A stretch of DNA of 32,000 nucleotides from Polynucleobacter necessarius. GTDB taxonomy: Bacteria > Pseudomonadota > Gammaproteobacteria > Burkholderiales > Burkholderiaceae. The notes beneath the pieces were generated by a model, which worked only from the letters and a program-made list of their open reading frames with translations, searched no databases and had not been told where the DNA came from. Shown here piece by piece: positions 20,213 through 29,734 of the stretch. The stretch spans positions 90,001-122,000 of the forward strand of contig NZ_LT606950.1 in the NCBI RefSeq assembly GCF_900095195.1. Direction: 5' to 3'. Made by a program: the position numbers and the translations under genes. The number at the start of each line of letters is the position of its first letter. Position 1 is the first letter of the stretch.

Positions 20213-22326
20213 ATGAACACTCATTAAAAAACCAAAGCCGTCGTCAGTTTATCCAGCCAAGTACTGCTCTTGGGGGAGCTTTTGTACTTGGTATGTATCT
20301 ACCACTAACCAGCGAAGCTGCAACGGGAATTGCTGAAAAGCCAGCATTAGCAAATGCTTGGACTCAAATTACCCCAGGCAATCAAATTACATTGATTTGT
20401 GCTCGTTCAGAAATGGGGCAAGACGTATACACATCTATGCTTGCATTGCTTGCCAAGGAAATCAATCTACCGCTTTCCATGATTAAGTTTGAAATCGCTG
20501 GTGTTGCCCCGGTTTATATCAATGCGATGTTGGGTGGCCAAATTACTGGCGGCTCTACCTCGGTACGTGAGGCTTTTGACAAGCTCAGAACTGCCGGCGC
20601 AGCAACTCGCTCAGTTCTCGTGCAAGCGGCAGCGCAACGTTGGAATATACCAGTCACTGATTGCAAGGCAATGAATGGCAAAGTCCTCATGCTAGTGGCA
20701 AATCCGCAACCTATGGTGAATTAGCGGCTGACGCTGCCAAATTACCTTTACCAGAGAAGCCAACACTGAAGTCACCGGCCAATTTTATGGTGATTGGTAA
20801 AGAGATAATGCGACGTCTTGATACTCCCGCCAAAGTATCTGGTAAGGCGGTATACGGAATCGATGTCAAGATTCCAGGTATGGCAATTGCATCTCTGGCG
20901 CAATGCCCCGTGATTGGTGGAACACCAAGTGCATATGATGCGAGCGCCGCTTTGAAAGTTTCTGGGGTTCTTAAGGTTGTCCAGATTTCTGATGGCGTGG
21001 CAAGTGTTGGCAAAAGATTTTTATGCGGCGCGCAAGGGAAGAGATGCGTTAAAAATTACTTGGAATGAGGGCCCGAATGCCAATTTGAGTACTGCAGTGG
21101 TGCGTAAATCTCTTGAGGCGGGTTTATCCCAAAAGGGCGCTGTGATCAAAACAGCTGGCAACGTTAGTGCAACTGTCCCGAATGGCAAAGCTCTCAGTGC
21201 GCAATACTTTTTGCCGTATTTAGCGCACTCCACTATGGAGCCTGTTAATTGTTCAGCCGATGTTTCCAATGGCAAGTGCAGAATTATTGGCCCCATTCAG
21301 TTCCAACAAGGCGGCCAAGCTGCAGCTGCAGCTGGCGTGAAGCCGGAGGATGTCACGATTGAGACAACGTTCTTGGGTGGTGGTTTTGGTCGCAAATTGG
21401 AATTGGATTTCATTCGTCAGGCGGCTGAAATTTCAAAGGCTGCGGGCATGCCTGTCAAGATGCTTTGGACCAAAGAAGATGATATTCAGCATGACTTCTA
21501 TCGCCCGACGAGCATTCATAAAGTTGATGGAGTTCTTGGTGCCAATGCTCAATTGAGCACCATGAAAGCAAAAATGGTTTCGCAGTCTGTGACCACCAGA
21601 GCTTTCCCAGGTTTTGTGAAAGATGGTTTCGATCCTTTCATGGTGGAAGGTTCAAACAATCTCACTTATGACATTCCCAATTTGGAAATCACAAACGTCA
21701 TTACCGATACGTGTGTCAGGGTTGGGTATTGGCGTTCAGTCAGTAATGCGTTAAATGCGTTTGCGATTGAGAGCTTTGTGGACGAAGCGGCAACTGCTGC
21801 TAGTAAAGATCCTGTGGCTTTCCGGCTTGCTTCCCTAAGCAAACATCCAAGAGCGAAAAATGTTCTCGAAACCGCTGTGAAGAAATCGGGATACACCGCC
21901 GGTAGCAAACGCTTTGGCGTGGCGCAAATGAAGTGCTATGACATGTGTTCCGCTTGCGTGATCGAGTTAGATACTACGGCACCTGAGACTAGAGTGAAAA
22001 AGATCACATTTGTCTCAGACTGTGGCATTACCGTTCATCCCGATCAAGCTAGAGCCCAGCTTACTGGAGGCGTCATTTATGGATTAAGTGCCGTCTTAAA
22101 TAATGCAATCACCATAGAAAATGGCCGAGTTCAGCAAACAAACTTCAATAATTATCCTAGCTTGCGTCAAAACCAGGTTCCTGTAATTGATGTGCATTTG
22201 ATTCCAAGCCAGGAGAAGCCGGGCGGTTTGGGTGAGGTTGGAGTTCCTTTAGTGGCGCCTGCTCTAGCAAATGCTATTGCTGCAGCCACTGGCAAACGCA
22301 TACGCGAGCTTCCAGTTAAAGTCTGA
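20213..22326 (+). pseudogene. Molybdopterin-binding large subunit (IorB / aldehyde-oxidase beta type), Tat-signal-bearing, broken by four 1-nt indels
   Basis: ATG 20213 (MNTH) hits TAA at 20225. The -1 frame then reads LKNQSRRQFIQPSTALGGAFVLG, a twin-arginine signal. Further breaks are a C missing in CTC|CAT at about 20688 and an extra A at about 21003 (GCA[A]GTG). The fragments 20293..20724, 20661..21068 and 20977..22326 splice into one colinear protein of about 704 aa. Confidence 0.85.
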
Positions 22327-22363
22327 TATCGACTGGCCGATCCGCTCTTTTGTAGGCTACAAA

Positions 22364-22393
22364 GCGCGCCAAATCATGGCGCGCTTTGTTTTT
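22364..22393 (+). terminator. Rho-independent terminator downstream of iorB
   Basis: GCGCGCC (22364-22370), loop AAATCAT, then GGCGCGC (22378-22384), followed by TTTGTTTTT. It is flanked by AAA/TTT, so it could work in both directions. Confidence 0.75.
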
Positions 22394-22418
22394 ATCCGTC
22401 CTCTACAATGACAAAACT

Positions 22419-23654
22419 ATGACCGTAAATTTACCTCTACCAAAAAAATCCGATTTAGAGCCTGTAAAGGGTTTTGAAATGGGTATCGCCGAAGCCGGCA
22501 TCAAAAAGGCGAACCGTAAGGATTTGCTAGTCATGACTTTGGCGCCTGGATCTCAGGTAGCTGGTGTTTTTACCTTGAACCGTTTTTGTGCTGCACCGGT
22601 TCAGGTTTGCCGCGAACATTTAGCTCAAGAGGGTCGCGATGGTGAAATTCGGGCGCTAGTCGTGAATACGGGCAATGCTAATGCAGGGACTGGCGAGCAG
22701 GGTATGAAGCATGCTTTGGAAACTTGTGCCGCTTTGGCAAAAGATCTCAATATCTACCCAGAGCAGATCTTGCCATTTTCTACAGGCGTGATTCTCGAGC
22801 CTTTGCCGATTCAAAAAATTGTTAGCGCCTTACCAAAAGCAGTTGCCAACTTAAGTAATGACAATTGGTTCGATGCTGCTGAAGCGATCATGACTACGGA
22901 TACCCAACCAAAAGCTAGCTCACAAACGATTGGCACCCCATTAGGCGATATTGTTTTAACAGGGATCTGTAAAGGCGCTGGAATGATTCATCCCAATATG
23001 GCAACGATGTTGGGCTTTATTGCTACCGATGTTGGTTTTGCGCCTGGTCTATTGAATGACTTAACTAAAGAGGTTGCGGATCTGTCATTTAATGCCATCA
23101 CTATTGATGGTGATACTTCAACGAATGACTCTTTCATTTTTATGGCTACCAGCCAGTCATCGGTGCAAATTCAGTCAAAGCAAGATCCTCTGTACGCTGT
23201 AGTCCGTGCTGCGTTGATTGATTTGGCAAGAAAGTTAGCGCAAATGATTGTGCGAGATGGTGAGGGTGCTACCAAGTTTATGACGATTGACGTTGTTGGC
23301 GGCAAAACGACTGAAGAATGCCGTTTGGTGGCTAAGGCAGTAGCACATTCTCCACTAGTCAAAACCGCTTTCTTTGCAAGCGATCCCAATCTGGGTCGAA
23401 TCTTGGCGGCAATTGGCTATGCCGGCATTAAGGACCTCGATGTTAATCGTGTTCAAATGTGGCTCGGTGATGTTTGGGTTGCTAAAAATGGCGGGCGTAA
23501 CCCAAGTTATCAAGAGGCGGACGGCCAGAGAGTGATGCAGGAGCCTGAAATTACAATCAAGATTGATTTGGGGCGCGGCTCCGCCACTCAAACATTATGG
23601 ACGTGTGATTTGTCGCATGATTATGTATCAATCAATGCAGACTATCGTTCTTAA
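22419..23654 (+). CDS. argJ: Bifunctional glutamate N-acetyltransferase / amino-acid acetyltransferase ArgJ
   Basis: Frame of ORF 22386..23654. The start is placed at ATG 22419 ([10 protein letters not shown]...). It has the autoprocessing site region [17 protein letters not shown] and the C-terminal [15 protein letters not shown]. Confidence 0.93.
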   Translation: MTVNLPLPKKSDLEPVKGFEMGIAEAGIKKANRKDLLVMTLAPGSQVAGVFTLNRFCAAPVQVCREHLAQEGRDGEIRALVVNTGNANAGTGEQGMKHALETCAALAKDLNIYPEQILPFSTGVILEPLPIQKIVSALPKAVANLSNDNWFDAAEAIMTTDTQPKASSQTIGTPLGDIVLTGICKGAGMIHPNMATMLGFIATDVGFAPGLLNDLTKEVADLSFNAITIDGDTSTNDSFIFMATSQSSVQIQSKQDPLYAVVRAALIDLARKLAQMIVRDGEGATKFMTIDVVGGKTTEECRLVAKAVAHSPLVKTAFFASDPNLGRILAAIGYAGIKDLDVNRVQMWLGDVWVAKNGGRNPSYQEADGQRVMQEPEITIKIDLGRGSATQTLWTCDLSHDYVSINADYRS

Positions 23655-23668
23655 CCATTATTAATTTT

Positions 23669-24526
23669 ATGAATCAAAAACTAGACCGTCTACTAGAGCA
23701 TTTAGAGACTTTCTTGCCCAAACCACTTAGTGCTGAACAATGGCAGTCCTCGACAGCATTTCGGTGGCGCAGAAGAGATAGTATTTTTGGCAGCATTGGT
23801 TTTTTGCAGCCAGTAAAGCATGTCTCAGACATCATGTTCGAAGATTTGCAGAATATTGATCGCCAACGAGATGCAATACGTGACAACACTAAAAATTTCA
23901 TTCTAAAAAGGCCTGCTAACAATATTCTTCTGACGGGGGCAAGAGGAACCGGTAAATCGTCGTTGATTAAAGCAAGCCTTCACGAGTTCGCTAGTCAGGG
24001 ATTGCGTTTGGTCGAAGTGGAGAAGGAGCATTTGGCGGATTTAGCCGATATCACCGAGATATTGGCGGAGCGTCCTGAGCGCTTCATTATTTTCTGCGAT
24101 GACCTCTCGTTTGAGGATGGGGAATCGGGCTACAAGGCCATGAAATCGGCATTTGATGGCTTAGTTTTAGCGCAAGTCGACAATATTTTGATTTATGCCA
24201 CATCCAATCGGCGCCACCTGTTGCCGGAGTACATGAAAGATAACGAGGGGTATGTCCATAGTGATGATGGAGAGATTCATCCAGGTGAAGTGGTGGAGGA
24301 AAAAATCTCCCTATCAGAACGCTTTGGTTTGTGGCTATCGTTTTATCCACCCAAGCAAGATGAATATCTCGCAATCGTTGCGCATTGGTTAGCCCGCTTT
24401 GGCTTGACATCCACTCAAATTGAGGCGGCCCGTTCTGAAGCATTAGTTTGGGCGTTAGAGCGCGGATCTCGTTCTGGTCGCGTTGCCTGGCAGTTTGCTA
24501 AGCATTGGGCTGGCTCACATGCCTAA
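23669..24526 (+). CDS. AAA-type ATPase, DUF815-like
   Basis: 285-aa ORF with a Walker A LLTGARGTGKSS and a Walker B-like FIIFCDDLSF. Its position between argJ and mutT matches related genomes as I recall them. Confidence 0.75.
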   Translation: MNQKLDRLLEHLETFLPKPLSAEQWQSSTAFRWRRRDSIFGSIGFLQPVKHVSDIMFEDLQNIDRQRDAIRDNTKNFILKRPANNILLTGARGTGKSSLIKASLHEFASQGLRLVEVEKEHLADLADITEILAERPERFIIFCDDLSFEDGESGYKAMKSAFDGLVLAQVDNILIYATSNRRHLLPEYMKDNEGYVHSDDGEIHPGEVVEEKISLSERFGLWLSFYPPKQDEYLAIVAHWLARFGLTSTQIEAARSEALVWALERGSRSGRVAWQFAKHWAGSHA

Positions 24527-24553
24527 ATTATCAAATTAAGCGAACTCCTATCT

Positions 24554-24991
24554 GTGAACAAAGATGCGCGACCGGTTACTGAAGTAGCCGCGGGAATTTT
24601 GCTAGATCAATCTGGTCGATTTCTCTTGGGGCAACGACCTGAGGGAAAACCGTATGCTGGTTATTGGGAAGTGCCGGGCGGAAAGATTGAAAAAGGCGAA
24701 ACGGTTTTTGATGCGCTCAAGCGAGAATTACAAGAAGAGCTGGGGATCAAGATTCAATCGAGTGAAGAATTAATGCTTTTGGAGCATGATTACCCGCATG
24801 CTTATGTACGCCTCCATGTCAGTCTCATTCGAGACTGGAAAGGCGATCCAAAGGGGTGTGAGGGACAGGCGCTTTCTTGGGAGTTTCCGGTGCAGAAAAG
24901 CCTAGTGTCGAACCGTTGTTACCAGCCGCATGGCCAATGCTGGAGAGGCTTAAAGCCTTTTTACCCTAGAACTGGCAGAGGGTTAATTTGA
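24554..24991 (+). CDS. mutT: MutT-like NUDIX hydrolase (8-oxo-dGTP diphosphatase type) with a probable frameshift in its last 25-30 codons
   Basis: GTG start and a perfect Nudix box GGKIEKGETVFDALKRELQEELGI. After V-Q (24890-24895) the annotated frame reads KSLVSNRCYQPHGQCW... The -1 frame from 24898 reads KPSVEPLLPAAWPMLERLKAFLP*, resembling the E. coli MutT C-terminus FPPANEPVIAKLKRL, and stops at 24967-24969. Confidence 0.8.
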   Translation: MNKDARPVTEVAAGILLDQSGRFLLGQRPEGKPYAGYWEVPGGKIEKGETVFDALKRELQEELGIKIQSSEELMLLEHDYPHAYVRLHVSLIRDWKGDPKGCEGQALSWEFPVQKSLVSNRCYQPHGQCWRGLKPFYPRTGRGLI

Positions 24992-25718
24992 AGGATACAT
25001 CCTTGTTAGCGGGTTGCGGCTTTTTGTCTCGATCCGATTGCATAAAACGGACGGACAGGAGATATTTATTTGCGCTGATTTCAGAGAATAGCGTGTCATC
25101 TTCAACGGCAATGCGCATCAATTGATAAATTTTTCCTGAGGGCACTTGTTGGAATGATCCGCTATGAGCGACAACATCTTTTGCTTCGCCAGACTGACGT
25201 AATAAACGCAGAAATAATTGACAAGCATCTTGCCATGGCAATAACGGACGAACAAAATTTTCTAATAATGTGCGACGTTCGGTAGATGGACTATTTTTCC
25301 AGGCATGATAACTCGGTAGATCGATTGGGCTTGTACCACCAGGAATATTTAAGCGTGTACGAATACCATTTAACCATTCACTATCAGAGATAGCGAGATT
25401 TGGTCTGCCAGCAGATTGATTAATTTTGGTTGCGACAGTATCAATCTCATCTAAGGTTTGAGAAAGCGCCTCTTGATCTACCTTTTGAGAGGATTTGAGT
25501 CCGTTGAGTGCGTGCTTTTGACGCTCAAATTCTTTTAGTAAAAGAGATTTAATATCGCCACGGGCGCCAATATTGCCCAGATCGAACAACATAGAGATGG
25601 CATTGTGGTGAAGTTCTGGATCATCCGGGCGAACAAAATGATTAAAGCGGGCGAACAAATACTCCAGTCGAAGCATGCTTCGAACTAATTCATTGAAGGG
25701 GTATTCGTAGACAATCAC
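24966..25718 (-). CDS. zapD: Cell division protein ZapD (FtsZ-ring stabiliser)
   Basis: 250-aa ORF starting MIVYEYPFNELVRSMLRLEYLF, typical of ZapD/YacF. It lies downstream of coaE, as in other beta- and gammaproteobacteria. Confidence 0.88.
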   Translation of the reverse strand: MIVYEYPFNELVRSMLRLEYLFARFNHFVRPDDPELHHNAISMLFDLGNIGARGDIKSLLLKEFERQKHALNGLKSSQKVDQEALSQTLDEIDTVATKINQSAGRPNLAISDSEWLNGIRTRLNIPGGTSPIDLPSYHAWKNSPSTERRTLLENFVRPLLPWQDACQLFLRLLRQSGEAKDVVAHSGSFQQVPSGKIYQLMRIAVEDDTLFSEISANKYLLSVRFMQSDRDKKPQPANKDVSFKLTLCQF

Positions 25719-25729
25719 AAGCCCATATT

Positions 25730-26416
25730 CTATGACGAACCGAGTAGATCTTTCTGAATCTTCAGGATTTTTTGGTGCAAGAGATTTACTTCGCCCTCTA
25801 ATGTTGTAAGACTCCCTTGGTTTTGAATGACCACGTCAGCAACAGCAAGGCGATCTTCTCGGGTTGCTTGGGCCTGCAGAACTCTTTCAACTTCCTCTCT
25901 GGGTAAATTGCTGCGCTGCATCACTCTGGTTATTTGGGTCTCTTCTGGGCAATCTACGACTACAAGGAGGTCGATGAGACTGCGCCAGGACATCGATTCA
26001 ATTAGAAGGGGAACAGCAAAGCCTAAATAAGGCGCCCCATGAGCTACCAAGTCCTTTGCTTGCTTGATCGTTTCTTGACGAATCAGGGGGTGTGTAATGG
26101 CCTCCAAGGTTTTTCTGGCATCCGGATTGCCAAAGACCAAGGTCCGCATCTTGGACCTATCTAAAGCGCCGTTGGCATCAATATAGCCCCGACCAAACTG
26201 CATCTCTATGGCTGGAATTGCTAAACCGTGGGGTGCGGTGATCTGATGCGCAATCCGATCGGTATCCACAACTCCCGCCCCGAGCTTGCCAAGTAGATCG
26301 CTCACCACAGATTTTCCTGAGCCGATGCCTCCAGTTAGGCCAACTAGAGGTAATTGACCTTTTAGTCCGCTTAAATCAGATGATTCAGTATGAGTGTTTG
26401 AATGAATTGTGGACAT
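25730..26416 (-). CDS. coaE: Dephospho-CoA kinase
   Basis: 228-aa ORF with the P-loop VGLTGGIGSGKS. It has an N-terminal extension of about 20 aa that overlaps the pilD 3' end by 46 nt. No alternative in-frame start was seen before the P-loop. Confidence 0.9.
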   Translation of the reverse strand: MSTIHSNTHTESSDLSGLKGQLPLVGLTGGIGSGKSVVSDLLGKLGAGVVDTDRIAHQITAPHGLAIPAIEMQFGRGYIDANGALDRSKMRTLVFGNPDARKTLEAITHPLIRQETIKQAKDLVAHGAPYLGFAVPLLIESMSWRSLIDLLVVVDCPEETQITRVMQRSNLPREEVERVLQAQATREDRLAVADVVIQNQGSLTTLEGEVNLLHQKILKIQKDLLGSS

Positions 26417-26871
26417 AACAACTCAATGATGCCAGCAATGGCAAGAAAAGGTCCAAAAGGAATGGCGGATTGTAAGGATTGTTTTTTTACTCTGAGCCAG
26501 AGAAGGCCTCCAATGAGTCCAGTAACCGACGCTATGAAAAGAATGCTTGGCAGGGAGCTTAGTCCAAGCCATGCTCCAAGGGCACCCAGCAGCTTCGCAT
26601 CACCCATGCCAATGGCATTTGGCTTTTTGATCCATCGATAGAGGGTATTTAGGCCCCAGATTAGAAAGTATCCAAATATAGAGCCCAAAATTGCATTTAA
26701 AAAATCTGTAAAACCCAAATTGGGTAAATAGTTTAAAAGGAGTCCTACTGCAGCAAATGGAATGGTGATGACATCGGGTAGCCGAAATGTTAATAGGTCG
26801 ACATAGGCTAGATAAAGCAGTATCAGGATCGCCAGGATATGTACTAAGTCGAACGCAGAAAATGTAAGCAT
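26371..26871 (-). CDS. pilD: Short prepilin peptidase (A24 aspartyl-peptidase domain only, no N-terminal methyltransferase/Cys domain)
   Basis: About 166 aa. Both catalytic-Asp contexts are present (YVDLLTFRLPD and IGMGDAKLLG). Its ATG overlaps the pilC stop in a TGATG. Full-length PilD is about 290 aa. Confidence 0.75.
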   Translation of the reverse strand: MLTFSAFDLVHILAILILLYLAYVDLLTFRLPDVITIPFAAVGLLLNYLPNLGFTDFLNAILGSIFGYFLIWGLNTLYRWIKKPNAIGMGDAKLLGALGAWLGLSSLPSILFIASVTGLIGGLLWLRVKKQSLQSAIPFGPFLAIAGIIELLCPQFIQTLILNHLI

Positions 26872-27340
26872 CAAATGATTTGGCCCATTTGAAAAATTGG
26901 AAGATACAGAACGATAACGAGTCCACCAATAATGACGCCAACCAAAATAATGAGCAAGGGCTCTAGAGTTTGACTCAGATTATTGAGTCGATGGCGAAGT
27001 TGTGATGCTAGCGTATTAGCACGCTTACTGAGCATTTGCGCTAGAAAGCCACCTTCTGCGGCGATATGTAGTAATTGCAATGTGTTTCTTCATCAAATAG
27101 AAAAGTTTTAGGATCTGCCCTTTTTAAAGCTTCGCCCAAGGGCCATCCTCTGGTTAAGTGTTTGAATACTTCCGCACTCAAATTGTGACTAAGCGAATGA
27201 TTAGATGAATATGCTGTAACACGCAAGGCATCTGGAAGGGGTAAGCCACAATTTAGTAGATGTGCGAGAGTTCGGCACCAGTGCGTCAACGTGGCTAAAC
27301 GAAAAAGTCTTCCTAGTAGTGGAACGTAAAAACTCCATTG
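26871..27340 (-). pseudogene. pilC: pilC (type IV pilus platform protein, GspF family) remnant: only the C-terminal T2SF repeat is left, and it carries an internal 1-nt deletion
   Basis: On the minus strand, ...PLLGRLFRLATLTHWCRTLAHLLNCGLPLPDALRV...FLFDEET breaks at about 27081 and resumes in another frame as LQLLHIAAEGGFLAQML...LEPLLIILVGVIIGGLVIVLYLPIFQMGQII*. The N-terminal part of about 250 aa is absent. The 5' boundary is approximate and overlaps the pilB 3' end. Confidence 0.8.
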
Positions 27341-28334
27341 ATATAACGTTCTTTGTAAGCGAGAAGATTCAAGACCTCATGAATACCAATGCGGCCAAAG
27401 TAGCCATACCCATCACAGTAATTGTACGACTCAGAGGAAGCTCTTGCGTAATGTATATCCAAAGTATTGCAATGCGAACAACGCATACGCACTAATCGTT
27501 GAGAACTCACAGAATGTAAGCAGCGCTCCAAAGACTCTCGATCAATTCCCAAGCTTTGTAGGCGCGCTAGAGCGCCTAGAGCGTTGCGAGTATGTAGTGT
27601 AGTTAAAACCAGATGCCCAGTTTTGGCTGCTTAAATAGCAAGTTGCGCCGTTGCGCTATCCCGAATTTCACCACTCATGATCACATCGGGATCTTGTCTG
27701 AGTAATGCTTTGATGATAGTTGGAAAATCCAAGCCAGCACGCGGATGGTAAGCCGCTTGATTCACGCTTGGAAGGCGAATCTCAATGGAATCTTCAATTG
27801 AACAAAGGTTGCGATGTTCTTGATTCAATGCGCTCAGGCAACTATAGAGTGTTCGTGACTTGCGCTACCCGTTGGACCGGTTACTAAAATCAAGCCGTTA
27901 GGTTTTGCAATTGCATTGCGCAAGATTTCAAGCTGCTCTGGCAATAATCCAATCGACTCTAAATTCAATTCCTCTAATCGATTGGGCAATATCCGAATGA
28001 CGGCTTTTTCACTATGTAATGTTGGTAATGCCGAAACTCGACAGTCGACATCTGGTCTGAAAAAATCACAACTAATACTTAAGCGACCATCTTGTGGAAT
28101 GTGTTTTTCGGCGATATCTAAACGCGCTAATATTTTTATACGCGTGATGAGGCGTTCATGAAACTCTATAGGATGCTTTGACTGAATTCGTAATAAGCCA
28201 TCCACCAGAATGCGAACTTGAGTCTCTAGGGGATAAGCCTCAACATGAATATCGCTTGCCCTGGCTTCAAGTGCATGGGCTGCAATCTCAAACCAGGTCC
28301 GAATGATTAGTGAATCGTTATGGGGGATGCTCAA
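27313..28334 (-). pseudogene. pilB: pilB (GspE-family type IV pilus assembly ATPase) pseudogene, with a Walker A frameshift, an in-frame TAA, and truncated ends
   Basis: ORF 27834..28334 has ASDIHVE...IPQDGRL...LILVTGPTGS and then loses frame. Restoring one G at about 27862 gives GPTGSGKSRTLYSCLSALNQEHRNL, joining ORF 27631..27828. An in-frame TAA (complement of 27631-27633) separates ...DSATAQLAI from AAKTGHLVLTTLHT...QRLVRMRCSHC (27313..27630). The C-terminal part of about 50 aa and the N-terminal domain are missing. Confidence 0.85.
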
Positions 28335-29653
28335 TCCTGAATCTGATCAGGTGCAGGGCGATACAGTTTGACGGTCTTTATTCCTTGATCATCAAACTGC
28401 ACAATTTCCATAACAATGCCGGCGATTTTGATGCTGACATCATGATCTGGAATGGCTTCGAGTCTTTCTAGAATGAGACCATTTAAGGTTTTGGGCCCAT
28501 CTAATGGCAATTCCAAATTGAGAAGACGATTAAGGTCGCGTAAGGACGCGCTACCGTTGGCAATGTAAGTGCCGTCAGCCAACCAACGGGGATCAGTTGA
28601 GAGACTAGAGAAAGAGGTTGTAAATTCACCAATAAGCTCTTCCACAATATCTTCAAAAGTCACGAGACCAAGCACTTCTCCGTACTCATTGACAACCAAA
28701 CTCAAACGTTGCTGATTGTCTTGAAAAAACTGCATTTGTTGCAAGACTGGAGTGCCGCTGGGAATAAAGTAGGGCTCATTAACTAATGACCTAAAGTCTT
28801 CGTGCTGAAGATCAGAGTCACCGAGTAGGGATAGAGCCTTCTTAACGGACAGAATTCCTACAATACGTTCGGAGTCACCATCACAGACGGGTAGTTTATT
28901 GTGATAACAGGTCTCCAGCTGTTGTATCACTTCATCAATAGGCCTTGAAAGATCTAACACTTCGATTTTTGAGCGTGGGGTCATCACGTCATCAACGGTA
29001 ATATTTTCTAAATTGAAGAGATTCAGCAAAATATTCCGATAGTGATTGGAAACAAAGCGGTTGGATTCCAAGACCAAGCTTCGCAACTCTTCTTTGCTCA
29101 TTGTCCTGCTATCTGAAGAGGACTGCAGGCCCGAAACTCTCATGAGGCCAGATACAAAGCTATTAATTAGCCAAAGTAGTGGCTTAAATAAATAGGTGAG
29201 TGGCAGAATGAGCCAGCCTACATTGGCAGCGATTTTTTCCGGAAAGGCTGCCCCGATGACTTTCGGGGTGATTTCGCTAAAGATGATGATGAGTAAAGCG
29301 ACAACCAGAGTCGCAATCGAAAGAACAAAACCACTTTCACCAAAAAGATGTAAGGCGATTCCAGTTACTAAAATGGGAAGAATCGTGTTAATTAAATTGT
29401 TGGATATCAACAATACCGACAAAAGGGAATCAATCCGCTTTAGAAGTCTCTCTGCTAGTGCAGCACCGGCATTACCGTTATTGGCCATTGCTCTAAGACG
29501 GTGGCGATTCGAGGACAACATGCTCGTTTCTGCCATTGAAAAGAAGCTCGATAGTGCCAGCAAAAATAGAACGAGAGCAGCCTGGCTATAAAGTGGCCAA
29601 TCGTCAAAAAAGTTATCCATAAGGGTTGCCTGCAAATAAGAAGGATAAGTCAA
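28331..29653 (-). CDS. CNNM/DUF21-CBS-CorC_HlyC family transporter (TlyC/CorC-like)
   Basis: 440-aa ORF with an N-terminal 4-TM DUF21 region (FFSMAETSMLS), a CBS pair (ITVDDVMTPRSKI...) and a C-terminal CorC_HlyC-type domain. The start may instead be the internal MDNFFDD. Confidence 0.85.
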   Translation of the reverse strand: MTYPSYLQATLMDNFFDDWPLYSQAALVLFLLALSSFFSMAETSMLSSNRHRLRAMANNGNAGAALAERLLKRIDSLLSVLLISNNLINTILPILVTGIALHLFGESGFVLSIATLVVALLIIIFSEITPKVIGAAFPEKIAANVGWLILPLTYLFKPLLWLINSFVSGLMRVSGLQSSSDSRTMSKEELRSLVLESNRFVSNHYRNILLNLFNLENITVDDVMTPRSKIEVLDLSRPIDEVIQQLETCYHNKLPVCDGDSERIVGILSVKKALSLLGDSDLQHEDFRSLVNEPYFIPSGTPVLQQMQFFQDNQQRLSLVVNEYGEVLGLVTFEDIVEELIGEFTTSFSSLSTDPRWLADGTYIANGSASLRDLNRLLNLELPLDGPKTLNGLILERLEAIPDHDVSIKIAGIVMEIVQFDDQGIKTVKLYRPAPDQIQD

Positions 29654-29734
29654 TATAGCAAAGTAGGCTCTTCAAGACCATATTCATCGTCTTTGGTTCG
29701 GATGAAAGGCTAGTCATCTAATTTTCAAAATTGT

